DNA of 62,377 nt, filler included, from Chrysochromulina tobinii (Eukaryota), in NCBI GenBank assembly GCA_001275005.1. It is 7 parts of 7 records of this genome, joined end to end, with 100 filler letters (N's around TTAATTAATTAA, not from the genome) between each part and the next. Parts side by side here need not be neighbours in the genome. Positions count along the whole stretch, not along the records: positions 1 to 19,213 come from JWZX01001100.1; positions 19,314 to 22,368 come from JWZX01001102.1; positions 22,469 to 25,163 come from JWZX01001103.1; 4 more parts are not named here. The stretch is one strand, 5' to 3'. A program made the translations under genes and the position numbers. Positions within the stretch are counted from its first letter, which is position 1, and the number at the start of each line of letters is the position of its first letter. Below the pieces are notes generated by a model that worked only from the letters and a program-made list of their open reading frames with translations, was not told where the DNA came from and did not search any database. This document shows, one piece after another, positions 12,214 to 23,276 of this stretch.

Positions 12214-14687
12214 ATGGACGAAAAAGAACAATGGCTCAAGAGAATGGGTCTGCCCGGCGGGCGCCCGAGCGGCGGCAGCACCAGCGGCGGCGGCGGCGGC
12301 GGCCCGATGCCACCAGCACCAAAGCTTGACGCCAGCGGCGCGCAGTCCAACGCGCTCGTGCTGTCTTGGGATTGGCCGGGGGCGCCGGCGGGCGCAAAGT
12401 TCGCATTCTGCTACCGCGGTGCGAGTGGTGCCGGCACGTGGCGCACTGACACGATCGCTGGTGTCTCCGCCTCTGGCCACGTGCTGCGCTCGCTCAGTCC
12501 AAACACAACCTACGCCGTCGCCGTCGAGATGACGCTGGCGCAGGCCGGCACATCACCGGTTCGCGGTGCAGAGCTGATTGCAACGACGGCCCCAGCGGCG
12601 CCGAGCGGCCTGGAGGTCACAGAGGTCACCGACTCGTCCATTGCCCTGAAGTGGAACCGGTCGCCTGGCGCCGACGTGCGGTACGCCGTGTACGGCTCGG
12701 CGGCGCTCGGATTCAACAAGGTGTACACGGGCGCGGAGGCTCACTGTACGATCACCGGGCTAACCAAGGGCAAGGAGTACGGCTTCCGCGTGTGCGCGAT
12801 GAACGGGCAGGGCGGTGCCTCCGACTTTGGGCAGGAGGTCACCGTCAAGTGCGATGCAGCCGGAGCGAAGCGCGGCGGCGGCGGCGGCGGAGGCGGAGGC
12901 GGAGGCGGAGGCGCGGCGCGTGGCATCCAGGCAGAGCTGCTCACGCTCACGCACGACGCGCTCTCGATGCGATGGCCGGCGCCGCCCGGCGGCGCCACCA
13001 GCTACACAGTGGAGCTCGCCGAGGGCGATGGCGGCGTCGTGGCCGAGGGCGAGGAGTGGACGGTGATCTACGAGGGCGCACCTCCCGGTTGCGAGATCAG
13101 CTATTTGGCGCCCGAGACCGAGTACCACATGCGCGTCAACTACAAGGACCACAGCGGGCGCACGCACGACTTCGGCCCGTCGCTCATCGTGACCACGCCA
13201 GAGGAGCCGGCCAAGCCTAAGAAGGCAAGTGCGAAGAAGAAGGCTACCAGCGAGACCAAATCTGCCACGCCAAAGCGCCCACCCAAGCCGCCGCCGCCGC
13301 CGCCGCCGCCGCCCAAGCCGCCGCCGCCGCCAAAACCGCCGCCGATCCCGACGCGCCCGCCGCGCGCGCCCATCACGAAGCAATCTGGCCCGGCGCCCTC
13401 GCCTCGGCCGGCCTCTCCCCGGCCGGCAGCACCGAGCAGCTCGCGCAAGCCGCGCAGGCCTCCGCAGTCGCCTCGGCGTGGCGGTAGGGAAGACGAAGAC
13501 GAGACGGCCGCAAGCGACGAGAGCGAGGACGAGGAGGACGGCGGGCGCTCCTCCCATCGCCATCGCACGAGTGCCGGCTCGTCCTCTGCCTCCGCCATCC
13601 ACGAGCGCTTGTACGGCCTTCACCAAGGCCAGCTCGAACGCCTCAAGGAGCAGAAGAAGCAGTTCCTCGACTCGCTCAGCAGCCAAGCCGGAGCGCCGCT
13701 GCGCGAGAAGGCGGGCATCGCGATGTCGCCGCGCTCGCGTTCGAACGCTGCACCGCTCGGCGGATCCACGCCGCGCCCGGACCTCTGGCTCGGCTCGCAT
13801 GCGGCTGCGGGACCGACGACCGATAAGGCACTGCCTGCCTCGCCACGTGGGTCGGTGGCGGGGCGTACTTCGCAGGCTGGCGCCTCCGAACTCGGCGACG
13901 AGAAGCCCGGCCCGGGCGCGTACAACAGCACCTCCGACTTCAAGCCTGCCGACCGCCTGAGAAAGGACCCATCCAAAGGGTCGGCGAGCTCATTCAAATC
14001 GAAGACGAAACGGCTCTTCGACTTTGACGGCGCCGTGATCGATACGACGCTTCATCCGGGCAAGAAGCTGTCCGATGCCCCCGGCGTGGGCACATACTCG
14101 CCGGCGGACATGGGCTCGATCGAAAAGGTCGCCGAGGCGCTCAAGCGGCGCGCGGCCAAGCTCGCCACCTTGCGGCGCAATAAGGACATCAAGGAGCCTA
14201 ATCGCTTCCAGTCGGGCACTCTGCCGCCCGCGGCGACGCCTGGCCCAGGTGCGTACGACACGGATCGGCTCGCCAAGGCCAAGGAGGAGCGCCAGTACGG
14301 CGCGAAGTTCATGGCGTTCAAGAGCGGCAGCCGGCGCGCGCTGCCGTGGGGCGGGCGTGGCTCCGACGCTCCACAGTCCATCCGTGCCCGCAAGGTGGAC
14401 GACCTTGAGCTCGCCGATCTCGAAGGGCCTGGGCCAGGGGAATACGAAGCCTCCTCCATGTTTGCCAAGCCGGCGCCCTCCGCGCGCCGCCGCGGCACCG
14501 CCTGGTCCAAAGGTGCGATCTCGCTGATTGCCACTGATTGCCACTGAGTGCCACTGATTGCCACTAATTGCCACTAATTGCCACCGCCTGGTCCAAAGGT
14601 GCGCCTCGCTTTGCCCCGGAGCCGTCGATCGAAAAGATTGGGCCCTCCGCCGTGCACTACACGCCCAACTACTCGCAGTGCTCGTAG
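12214..14687 (+). CDS. Fibronectin type III + Pro-rich + SHIPPO (PGPGxY) repeat protein; exons 12214-14512 and 14599-14687
   Basis: FN3 motifs (LSPNTTYAVAV, LTKGKEYGFRVCAMN, LAPETEYHMRV) and repeats KPGPGAYN, APGVGTYS, TPGPGAYD, GPGPGEYE. Removing GT-AG intron 14513-14598 gives a C-terminus GAPRF...GPSAVHYTPNYSQCS*. Confidence 0.8.
14513..14598 (+). mobile_element. Repeat-built intron (module-B type) flanked by a 22-nt direct duplication CACCGCCTGGTCCAAAGGTGCG
   Basis: GT...AG; interior is a 10-mer array (ctgattgcca/ctaattgcca); the 3' end copies the upstream exon end. Confidence 0.75.
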
Positions 14688-15503
14688 GCGCCGTGATGAG
14701 CACTCGCATGCGTAGGAGCATAGCACTCCCAGCTACTCGCAGAGCGCCTTCCAGCGGCGGGGCTCATCTCGTGTGCCATACTCCTGTGTGGCCTAGTGCC
14801 GTGAGAGAGCTGCGGAATCGTGAAAGCTCTGCATATGCATGCAATGCATGCATGCGTGACCTGTGGGCATGTGTTTGGTCGGACTCGGAGCGAGCCGCGT
14901 GTACGTGCGTGCCGTGTGGGCGGGCAGTACGCGCGGGTGCCAGTCAGTCAGTCAGTCAGTTTCGTCGCGGTCCCCCGCGCTCACCACAGCGCGGGTAGCG
15001 CGGGTGCGGCCTGTCCGATCTGCGTTGTGTGAGGCCATGCGTGCGCGAGCGGTCGCGGTCCCTACCGTCCGGTCGTACACGCTCGTACCCCCCCGCGCCC
15101 CCGTGCCCCCGTGCCGTACGAGCACGGGTCCCCGCCGGCGCGGCGCTCGAGAGACACGACACCGCTTTACGGTTGCGATTATAGGCCGCCTCGCAGACCG
15201 CTCACGTGGGTGCAGGATGGTCGCAGGTCTCCGGCGTAGGCCGGCACTCGGCTGGCACAGAAAGTTTGGGTGAACTCGTTGACGGTTTGGTCAATCATTT
15301 GTCAGTTTTGGCGTTTCAGCATATTTCTTATGACAGTCTTCGTCTTTCTTCGTCCGGGGGGATTCGGAAACTGAAATGAAAGCCGCGGGAGGGTACCCAC
15401 CGACTGTGCGCGCGGCAGACTGGCGCGGAGCCGTACCGGTACATGTACCGGTTGGGCGGGCGCGGCGCCGTGGCGTGGGGTGGGAACACGACTGCCACGC
15501 GGC

Positions 15504-16460
15504 TCACATGACAGCGCAGCCAGCGCTGTCCGCCACCGGGCCGGCGATTTCGGCCGGCGGCGGGCCGCAGGCTTGCATCTGTTGCATGAGCGTCGCGACC
15601 CTGTCAGTGTCCTCGGGCGACTCCTCGTACGCCCGCAGGATGTCGCCCACGAGCGCCTCCTGCTTGCGATAGCGCGCGAGCTCCTCGGCTGAGAGGCTCG
15701 ACTGGTTGGCCGCAATGTACCTGGGGAACTCCGCGTGCAGATGGCGCATGGGCTCGAGCATCACATCCTTCGAGAGGAGCTGCCCAACGAGCTTGTCAAG
15801 CATCCCTTCCATCGCCGCATCCGAGTCAGCCTCGCTGCGGGTCGGCGGTCCTGCCACCGCCGGCCCGGCGGCGCTGGAGCCACCTCCGCCCCTCGCCGCC
15901 TCGGCGGGCGGCACCACGGCGCTCAGCTTCTGCAACAGGTCGAGCATGCCATCGTCAGCACCGCCTGCGTCGGCACTGCCACTACCACCCAGGCCTGTAG
16001 CGAGCTGCTGCAGCAGCTTGAGCATGGCCTCCTCCTCCGCAGTGCTTCCCGAGCTACCGGCGCCGTTGGACAGAGCCTCAGCGGACGCGGCGAGGTTACG
16101 CAACGTCCTATCGAGCTGCTCGTCATCATCGATGCTGTTGGCTGCCTCTGGTGATGCTGACTTGTCGCCGCCGCCCACACTCAAGCCATTGAGAAGCATC
16201 TTGGCGAGCTCGTCCGCCTGCGCGTCCAAGTTGGCGGCTTGTGCCACTCCACCGCTCGCGGCAGCAGGCTGCGCATGCGCAGGGCCACCTTGGGTGCGAA
16301 GGGCTGCCAACGGCGCCTCCGGTGCGAGCGGCGGCGGCGCAGGCAGCTGGGCGGCGGCTGGCGCCACCGTGGATGCTGGTGGCGTCGGCTCAGCGTCGAA
16401 GTCGTCGAGCGCCTCGGCGAGTAGCTTGGCCAGCTCGGCTTGGGTCGGCATCGAACTCAT
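15504..16460 (-). CDS. PEX19: Peroxisomal biogenesis factor 19
   Basis: N-terminal ELAKLLAEALDDF, C-domain LLSKDVMLEPM...RYRKQ...LMQQMQACGPPPAEI, and C-terminal CaaX box CAVM. Confidence 0.92.
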   Translation of the reverse strand: MSSMPTQAELAKLLAEALDDFDAEPTPPASTVAPAAAQLPAPPPLAPEAPLAALRTQGGPAHAQPAAASGGVAQAANLDAQADELAKMLLNGLSVGGGDKSASPEAANSIDDDEQLDRTLRNLAASAEALSNGAGSSGSTAEEEAMLKLLQQLATGLGGSGSADAGGADDGMLDLLQKLSAVVPPAEAARGGGGSSAAGPAVAGPPTRSEADSDAAMEGMLDKLVGQLLSKDVMLEPMRHLHAEFPRYIAANQSSLSAEELARYRKQEALVGDILRAYEESPEDTDRVATLMQQMQACGPPPAEIAGPVADSAGCAVM

Positions 16461-16717
16461 AATGCGTATTGGGATCTTCGCAACCCCGAGCCGCGCCCGC
16501 GTCGCGCCAAGTTACGCAGCCAAAGTAACGCAGCCCGGAGAAGCCAAACGCCTGTGCCCCACACCGGAATCATCGCGATGAATATCCATACAAAACGATC
16601 GAAGATGTTCCAAAACCTCGCGTTCGGCCAAAACTATTTTCGGTTGACAAACTTTGCCAAACCCCCGCGCTGTGCCCGCTTCGGCCTTTTGGCCGCGGCG
16701 CCGGCGCCGCGCCGCGA

Positions 16718-19213
16718 ATGCTTACAGACAAGGCCGACAGCGTCTCTCCGAGCGGCTCTCCGACAAAGATCGGTCCGCTCTTGTCCATTGCACCGCCGCC
16801 TGAGAAACCGGTAGTCACCAGGCACGCCGCCGTGCAACCGCCTCCAAACGACCTCTTCGTGCATGCCAAGAAGGGCGACGCAGTTGCTTTGGAAGCCTTG
16901 CTGCAAACGGAGGAGGGCAATGCTCTGGTCAATACTCAAAACTATGAGGGCAACACGCCCGTGCTCATCGCCGCGCATTGGGGCCACGTTGCCTGCGTGA
17001 GGCATCTCGTCGCCGCCGGGGCGAGCTTGTCGATCTTCAACAAGATGGGCAGCACGCCGCTGCTGGTGGCGGCGTACAATGGGCACGCGGAGTGCGTGGC
17101 CGCGATACTTGAGGGTGGCGCAGCGGTGGACTCGGCCGACCGGCACAAGCGCACCCCGTTGCACGCTGCGTGCCACAAGGGGCGATTCGAAGTGGCGCGC
17201 TTGCTCCTCGACGGGGGCGCCGACGCGACCAGGGGGGACGCGGGCGGCTCGCTGGCGCTGCACGCTGCGGCGCACCAGGGGCACACGGAAACCGTTGAGC
17301 TCCTCGTGGACCGTGGCGCACCCCTCGACTTATACGACGGCAAGGGGTCACCCGCGCTGCTCACTGCATGCCTTGCTCGCCGCTCTGGTTGTGTTGCGGC
17401 CCTCCTCAGCCGCATCGACTTTTCGAATGAGGCGTCGTGGCGGCCAGCGCACGTCTGGGCGGTGCATCCGGGCCATGGCGACGCGGGCCACATTGAGTGC
17501 GCCACCATGGTGATGGCGGCGGTGGAAAAAGCGCAGGCGCAACCGAGAGAGGCACCTGCACCCGAGGCGGCGCCTGAGGCGGTATCGGGCGATGCGGCAG
17601 CGGCCGAGGCAGCTGCGGCCGAGGCAGCCGCGGCGGACGCGGCGGACGCGGAGGCAGCTGCAGCCGAGGCGGCAGCGGCGGAGGCGGCTGCAGCTGAGAC
17701 GGAGCGCGAGCAGCGCATGGAATGGCAGCGCGCACAGGTGGAGCAGCTCGCACTGGAGGAGGCTGCGGCTTTGGCAGATGAGACGGCTGGTGCTGAGGCG
17801 GCTGCAGCTGAGGCGGCTGCGGCGGAGGCGGCGGCGGCGGCGGCCGAGGCTGCTGCAGTGGAGGCGGCGGCTGCGGAGGCGGCTGCGGCGGAGGCGGCGG
17901 CGGCCGAGGCTGCTGCGGCGGAGGCGGCGGCTGCGGAGGCGGCGGCGGCCGAGGATGCGGCGGCCGCTGCGGAGGCGTTGGCAGCCGAGGCGGCGGCGGC
18001 TAAGGTAGCTGCGTCCGAAGCGGCGACGGCAGAGGCTGGTTCAGCAGATCCGCTTACGGCGTCTCTTCGGAAACTCTGTGACGCTTCAGCTTCCGACATC
18101 TCAACCCTGTTCGCCGTTCAGGACGTCATCGGCGAGGGCCGCTTTTCGAAGGTCTATGCGGCCGAAAAGAACGGGCAGGTGTTCGCGCTCAAGGAGCTCG
18201 ACATGAGCTCGCTCGAGGAGGACGAAGATGCTCTCGAGATGCTCACAGCAGAGGTTCTTGCGCTGAGACGCGCCGGCCATGCGCCGCACATTGTTCGGCT
18301 GCACGATGTCATCGCTTCCTCCGACGCCATCTGGCTTGCCATGGAGCGCGTGCCCGGCTGTGAACTCTTTCATCTCGTAGAGCAGCGCGGCGCTCTCGAG
18401 AGCAGCTTCGTAAGCCACCTGATGCAGCAGCTGCTCACGGCGCTCACAACGCTCGCCGAGCTCGGCGTGGTGCATCGCGACGTGAAGCCCGAGAACATCA
18501 TGGTGAGCGAGGAGGAGACGGAGCGGCCGCACCTGACGCTCATCGACTTTGGGTACGCGGCGCTGCTGGGCGGTGGCGACGCGCCGACAGAGCTGACGGG
18601 CGTCGCCGGCTCGCCCGAGTATGCGGCGCCCGAGGTGCTCTCGTGGCTCGAGGCGGAGGCAGATGAGACGGGCGAGGTGGAGGGCGAGCCATACGACGCG
18701 GGCTGCGACGTATGGAGCGTGGGTGTGACGGCGCACGTTCTACTGTGCGCCTCGCTGCCCTTCGACGTGCCAGAGGAGTGTACCGAAGAGGCCCTCGTCG
18801 AAGCTGCGCGCAACATCGACCTTTCCTTCCCTCGACTGGAGAGCGAGGCAATGGTGCCAGCGCGCGAGTTTGTGCGCGCGTGCATGACGGTGGCGCGAAA
18901 GGAGCGCCCCTCGGCGCGTCACCTGCTCGAGCACCCGTGGTTTGGCAAGACCACAAACGAGGACGATGAGTCAACTGCTGCTGAGGCAGCGGCGGCTGAG
19001 AAGGCAGCGGAAGAGAGTGCGGCGACCGAGAAGGCGGCGGCGGAGGCGGCGGCGGCTGAGGCGGCGGCGGCGGAGGCGGCCGCTGCCGAGGCGGCCGCGG
19101 CTGAGGTGGCCGCGGCTGAAGCGGCGGCGGCTGAGGCGGCGGCAGCAGCGGCCGAAGCGGCAGCGGCTGAGGCGGCCGCTGCGGAGGCGGCGGCAGCAGA
19201 GGCGGCCGCTGCC
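16718..19213 (+). CDS. Ankyrin-repeat + Ser/Thr protein kinase (CAMK-like) with EAAAA linkers; 3' truncated at contig end
   Basis: About 5 ANK repeats (GNTPVLIAA, GSTPLLVAA, KRTPLHAAC); kinase motifs IGEGRFSKV, FALK, VHRDVKPEN, IDFG, GSPEYAAPE, DVWSVGV. Confidence 0.9.
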
Positions 19214-19313
19214 NNNNNNNNNNNNNNNNNNNNNNNNNNNNNNNNNNNNNNNNNNNNTTAATTAATTAANNNNNNNNNNNNNNNNNNNNNNNNNNNNNNN
19301 NNNNNNNNNNNNN
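19214..19313. other. Artificial contig spacer (N44-TTAATTAATTAA-N44)
   Basis: 100-nt linker with stops in all six frames; same spacer recurs six times. Confidence 0.98.
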
Positions 19314-22300
19314 GATGACCATCGCATGGGGCAGCTGGTCGAACACGGCCGTCATTTGCTCAATGAACGAGCCGCCTGTCGGAGCACTCACGCCCATAAC
19401 CGCCGCCATCTTCGCCACGTCCGCGTTGAGCGCCGTGTTTTTCGCTGCAGACAAAGCGGGTAGCTGAGCTGCTGGCTCTTCGTACGCCGGGAGCACCCGT
19501 GCCTGTGATCGAGCAGGTGCGAGCGCGTGCGCGTTTGCATGCTCACGTGCCTGTGCATGCGCGACTGCTTCAGCTCGCGCATGTGCCTGAGCACGAGCAG
19601 CCGCCTGCACCTGTGCCTGCGCCTGCGCCTGCGCCTGCGCCTGCATTTGAGATTGCGCTTGCATTTGCGCTTGCGCTTGCGCCTGCATTTGAGCCTGAGC
19701 CTGCGCCTGCTGCGCTTGCTGCGCCTGCTGCTGCGCCTGCTGCTGCGCCTGCTGCTGCGCCTGCTGCTGCGCCTGCTGCTGCGCCTGCTGCTGCGCCTGC
19801 TGCTGCGCCTGCTGCTGGGCCTGCTGCTGCGCCTGCTGCTGCGCCTGCTGCTGCGCCTGCTGCTGCGCCTGCATGTGAGCCTGCGCCTGCGCCTGCTGCT
19901 GCGCCTGCTGCTGCGCCTGCTGCTGCGCCTGCTGCTGCGCCTGCTGCTGCGCCTGCTGCTGCGCCTGCTGCTGCGCCTGCATGTGAGCCTGCGCCTGCGC
20001 CTGCTGCTGCATTTGAGATTGCGCCTGTAATTGAGCCTCCATGATTGCTGCCTGGCGAGCTGCAGCTTCTCGCATTGCCTCCTCCCGCAGAACCATTTCC
20101 GGAGGCGCCTGCTGTGGACCAGGGCTGGGAAATGTAGACGGCAAAGAAACGGCCTTGCCTCTAGACTTGAGGTGACGCAGCATCTCGTCACGGTTGTCGT
20201 CAAAGTGCGCCGTCTCGTCCAGACGATGTTCGGTCGCCTGCGCGCCGACCGTTGCGCCCTGGAGCGCGCTCTCGAGCTTCACATCGAGCTCCGTCCGCTG
20301 CTCCGCCTCATTCTCCAACCGCATGTGTGTCGGCTGCGCCGTTGCGCTCGACACCTCGATCGTCGTGGGCAGCAGCTTGATCAGCCGCTCGAGCTTGAGC
20401 AGGCGCGTCTTCAGAGACATGTCGCGTGTGATCTCGAACTGCACACCGATGCATAAGCGGTACACGCCGTTCGAGTCGTGCACCGGGCGCATCGTGAGCA
20501 GGTTCTCAAAGATCTCGCCGCTCTTGCGGTAGTTGGTGATCTTCACATGGCAGTCGACGCCGCGACGCAGCGTGTCCTGGATCACAGCGACCGACTGCGG
20601 CTCCGTCTTGGGGCCCTGCAAGAAGCGGCAGTTGCGGCCCTGCGCCTCATCCTTCGCGTATCCTGTCACGCGCGCGAACTCGCGGTTGACGAAGAACATT
20701 GGGTTGCCGGGAATCGACATGTCCGACAACACGATGCACGCCGGGTACGTCTCGGCCACCTGCACGAACGAGTGCACCCATCCCGCCAAGTCCGGAGGCA
20801 CCTCGTACTCGTCCCAGATCAGCTTCTTCGCGCTGCGCAGGCTGCCCGCCGCCGAGCCCACGAGCGACTCCACCAGCGGCAAGCACGCCTTCGACTGCAC
20901 AAACTTGGGGAACGACGTAGACGCGATCGACGTCAGCGCCGCGCCCGCCTGTGCCGCAAGCTCGGCGAACGCCGCAGCCCCGTCCGTGTGCTGCTTCTGC
21001 AGGTACCGCTCACACAGAGCGATCGCCTGCTGCTGCTGCTGCGCGGGTGGCAGCTTTGACAGCTGCGCGGTGAGCACGAGCAGCTCGAGATGCATCGCGT
21101 CCTCTGGCGCCTTCTCGGTGCACCAGCGCCCAAACATGCTCATAGCCTCCGGCTGCGTGCACAGCGATCTGAGCGCACCCTCCCAGTCGAGCGACCACAC
21201 GAGCCGCGTGAACTTGGCGAGCGAGGCGCGCCACTGCGCCTGCTGCGCGTCGCTGCTCACCGTGGACACCGCCTCGGCGTACTGACGCGAGCGCGGCTGC
21301 TGAGACACGTCGAAGACCGAGGGCAGCGCCGCGCGCAGACGCTGCAGCGCCGGACCCTCGCTCGCCTCGTTCGAAGCGTCCGAGAGCACGCCGACCTGGT
21401 AACGATACGTGCCCTCCGAGTCCACGATCGGGTGCAGCGTCAAGATGTTGCTGAACGCGCTCCCGTCCTTGCGGTAGTTGGTCACTCGCAGCGTGCTCTG
21501 CGCGCGGTCGCGGATGCACCGTACCATCTGGCGTACAGCCGCCGCCTCGGTCCGCTGGCCCTGCAAGAAGCGGCAGTTGCGGCCGAGCTGCTCCGCCTTC
21601 GGGTAGCCGGTCAACCTCTCGTCCGCCGCATTCACATACATTTGGCGAACGCCCGGCAGCTCCATGTCCACGATGACCATCGCATGGGGCAGCTGGTCGA
21701 ACACGGCCGTCATTTGCTCAATGAACGAGCCGCCTGTCGGAGCACTCACGCCCATAACCTCCGCCATCTTCGCCACGTCCACGTTCAATTTCAGCGCCGC
21801 CCGAGCAGGCACAGGTGCTGCCGCTGGCATCGGTGGTGACGGCGGCCTTGCGGGCAGAGGGGTTGCCGCTGGCATCGGTGGTGAAGGCGGCCTAACGGGC
21901 AGGGGCGCTGCCAGTGGTGAATCCGTCTCAGCGGGTGCGGGGAGCGGCGGCCGAACCGGGAGTGGGCTCGACTGCGATGGTGAGATGACCATGTCTTGAG
22001 CCGGGGTTGGGAACATGGCCGCACCGATGGCCGTCACTTCCGGGTTGCTGCCGAGATGCATCAGCATACCTTCCCGATTGTTCCCTTCCCGATTGTTGGC
22101 ATAGTGGTCGGATGCGGAGGCGAAGATTGGCGGGCTCGGTGCGCCGACCGTTGCGCCCTGGAGCGCGCTCTCGAGCTTCACACTGAGCTCCGTCCGCTGC
22201 TCCGCCTCACTCTCCTTGATAAAATGCATATCACCGACCGCCGCGCCCAACACCTCGACCGTCTTGGGCAGAAGCTTTAGCAGCCGCTCGAGCTTGAGCA

Positions 22301-22368
22301 GGCGCGTCTTCAGAGACATGTCGCGTGTGATCTCGAACTGCACACCGATGCATAAGCGGTACACGCCG
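19314..22368 (-). CDS. Multi-LOV blue-light sensor with an RGS-like domain (helmchrome-like); partial at both ends
   Basis: Two complete LOV domains with GRNCRFLQG and TNYRK; helical RGS-like segment between them ending TSFPKFVQS; further LOV fragments at both contig edges; (QQAQ)n linker. Confidence 0.85.
19610..20010 (-). repeat. 12-bp coding tandem repeat (CAGCAGGCGCAG)n giving a Q/A-rich linker
   Basis: Seen directly as ctgctgcgcctg repeats on the + strand. Confidence 0.9.
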
Positions 22369-22468
22369 NNNNNNNNNNNNNNNNNNNNNNNNNNNNNNNN
22401 NNNNNNNNNNNNTTAATTAATTAANNNNNNNNNNNNNNNNNNNNNNNNNNNNNNNNNNNNNNNNNNNN
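22369..22468. other. Artificial contig spacer
   Basis: N44-TTAATTAATTAA-N44. Confidence 0.98.
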
Positions 22469-22469
<1 letters not shown>

Positions 22470-22509
<40 letters not shown>

Positions 22510-23276
22510 AACATGCCATCAGTCTTCTGAACAGAAGCGAAAGGTATGAAGAAAGGAAGAAGCGTGCTAAGGTTGCCGAGTCGGAGTTGCCGCAACAGAC
22601 ATTCAAGGCTCGTTCTGTAAGAACACCAATGATGATCTCACCGGATTACCGTCCCGAGTTGGCGGAGAATCTCGAGAAGGAGAAGTCGCTCAAGGTCATC
22701 CCCGTCAAAGCCGACGACAACTGCATGTTCCGGGCGCTAGCTCATCTCCTGTTCAAGGGTGATGAAGAGTGCCACGCCAACGTTCGAGCTGTGGTGTGCG
22801 ACGAATTGGAGGCTGATCCCGAAGGAGTGTATTCTAAGCGCTTCACGCCTCGGATCGGCGACTACAGAAAGGATCGCTGCTTTGCAGAGTATGTCACACG
22901 AATGAGGCAACTGAAGGAATGGGGTGGTGACCCTGAACTCGCTGCTGCGGCGAAAATTTTCGGCTTCAAGATCCATGTTCACCATCCTTTCTTTCCCAAT
23001 GGTGTTCAAGTGATTCAGGTACCTGAGGCGAAAGAAGTGGATGTGCATTTGGTATATTATGGAGACCACTATGATGTGGCCTATCACGAGTCGAGGCCCT
23101 TCATCCCCGGAGTCGAGGAAGAGGAGGCATCAGTGCACGATGATGGTGATGGTGGTTTTGGCGAGGGCGAAACACGTGCGTACTGCCAACGAGGGCATTC
23201 CAAGACGGGGAGGCGGCTCAGTTCCATTCGTTTGCCAGGAATGGGGCTCTCGAAATCCTCGAAATCCTCAATATAG
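22470..23276 (+). CDS. OTU-family deubiquitinase domain; 5' truncated, probably spliced to the downstream ORF
   Basis: ADDNCMFRALA, WGGDPEL, VYYGDHYD (Cys/His catalytic motifs). Frame is open from the contig edge (PAPAPA...). Confidence 0.8.

Noticed and set aside
23274..23276. Stop-codon readthrough or recoding at the in-frame TAG
   Set aside because: A conventional intron or a nonsense mutation explains it more simply, and other genes here end in TAG normally.
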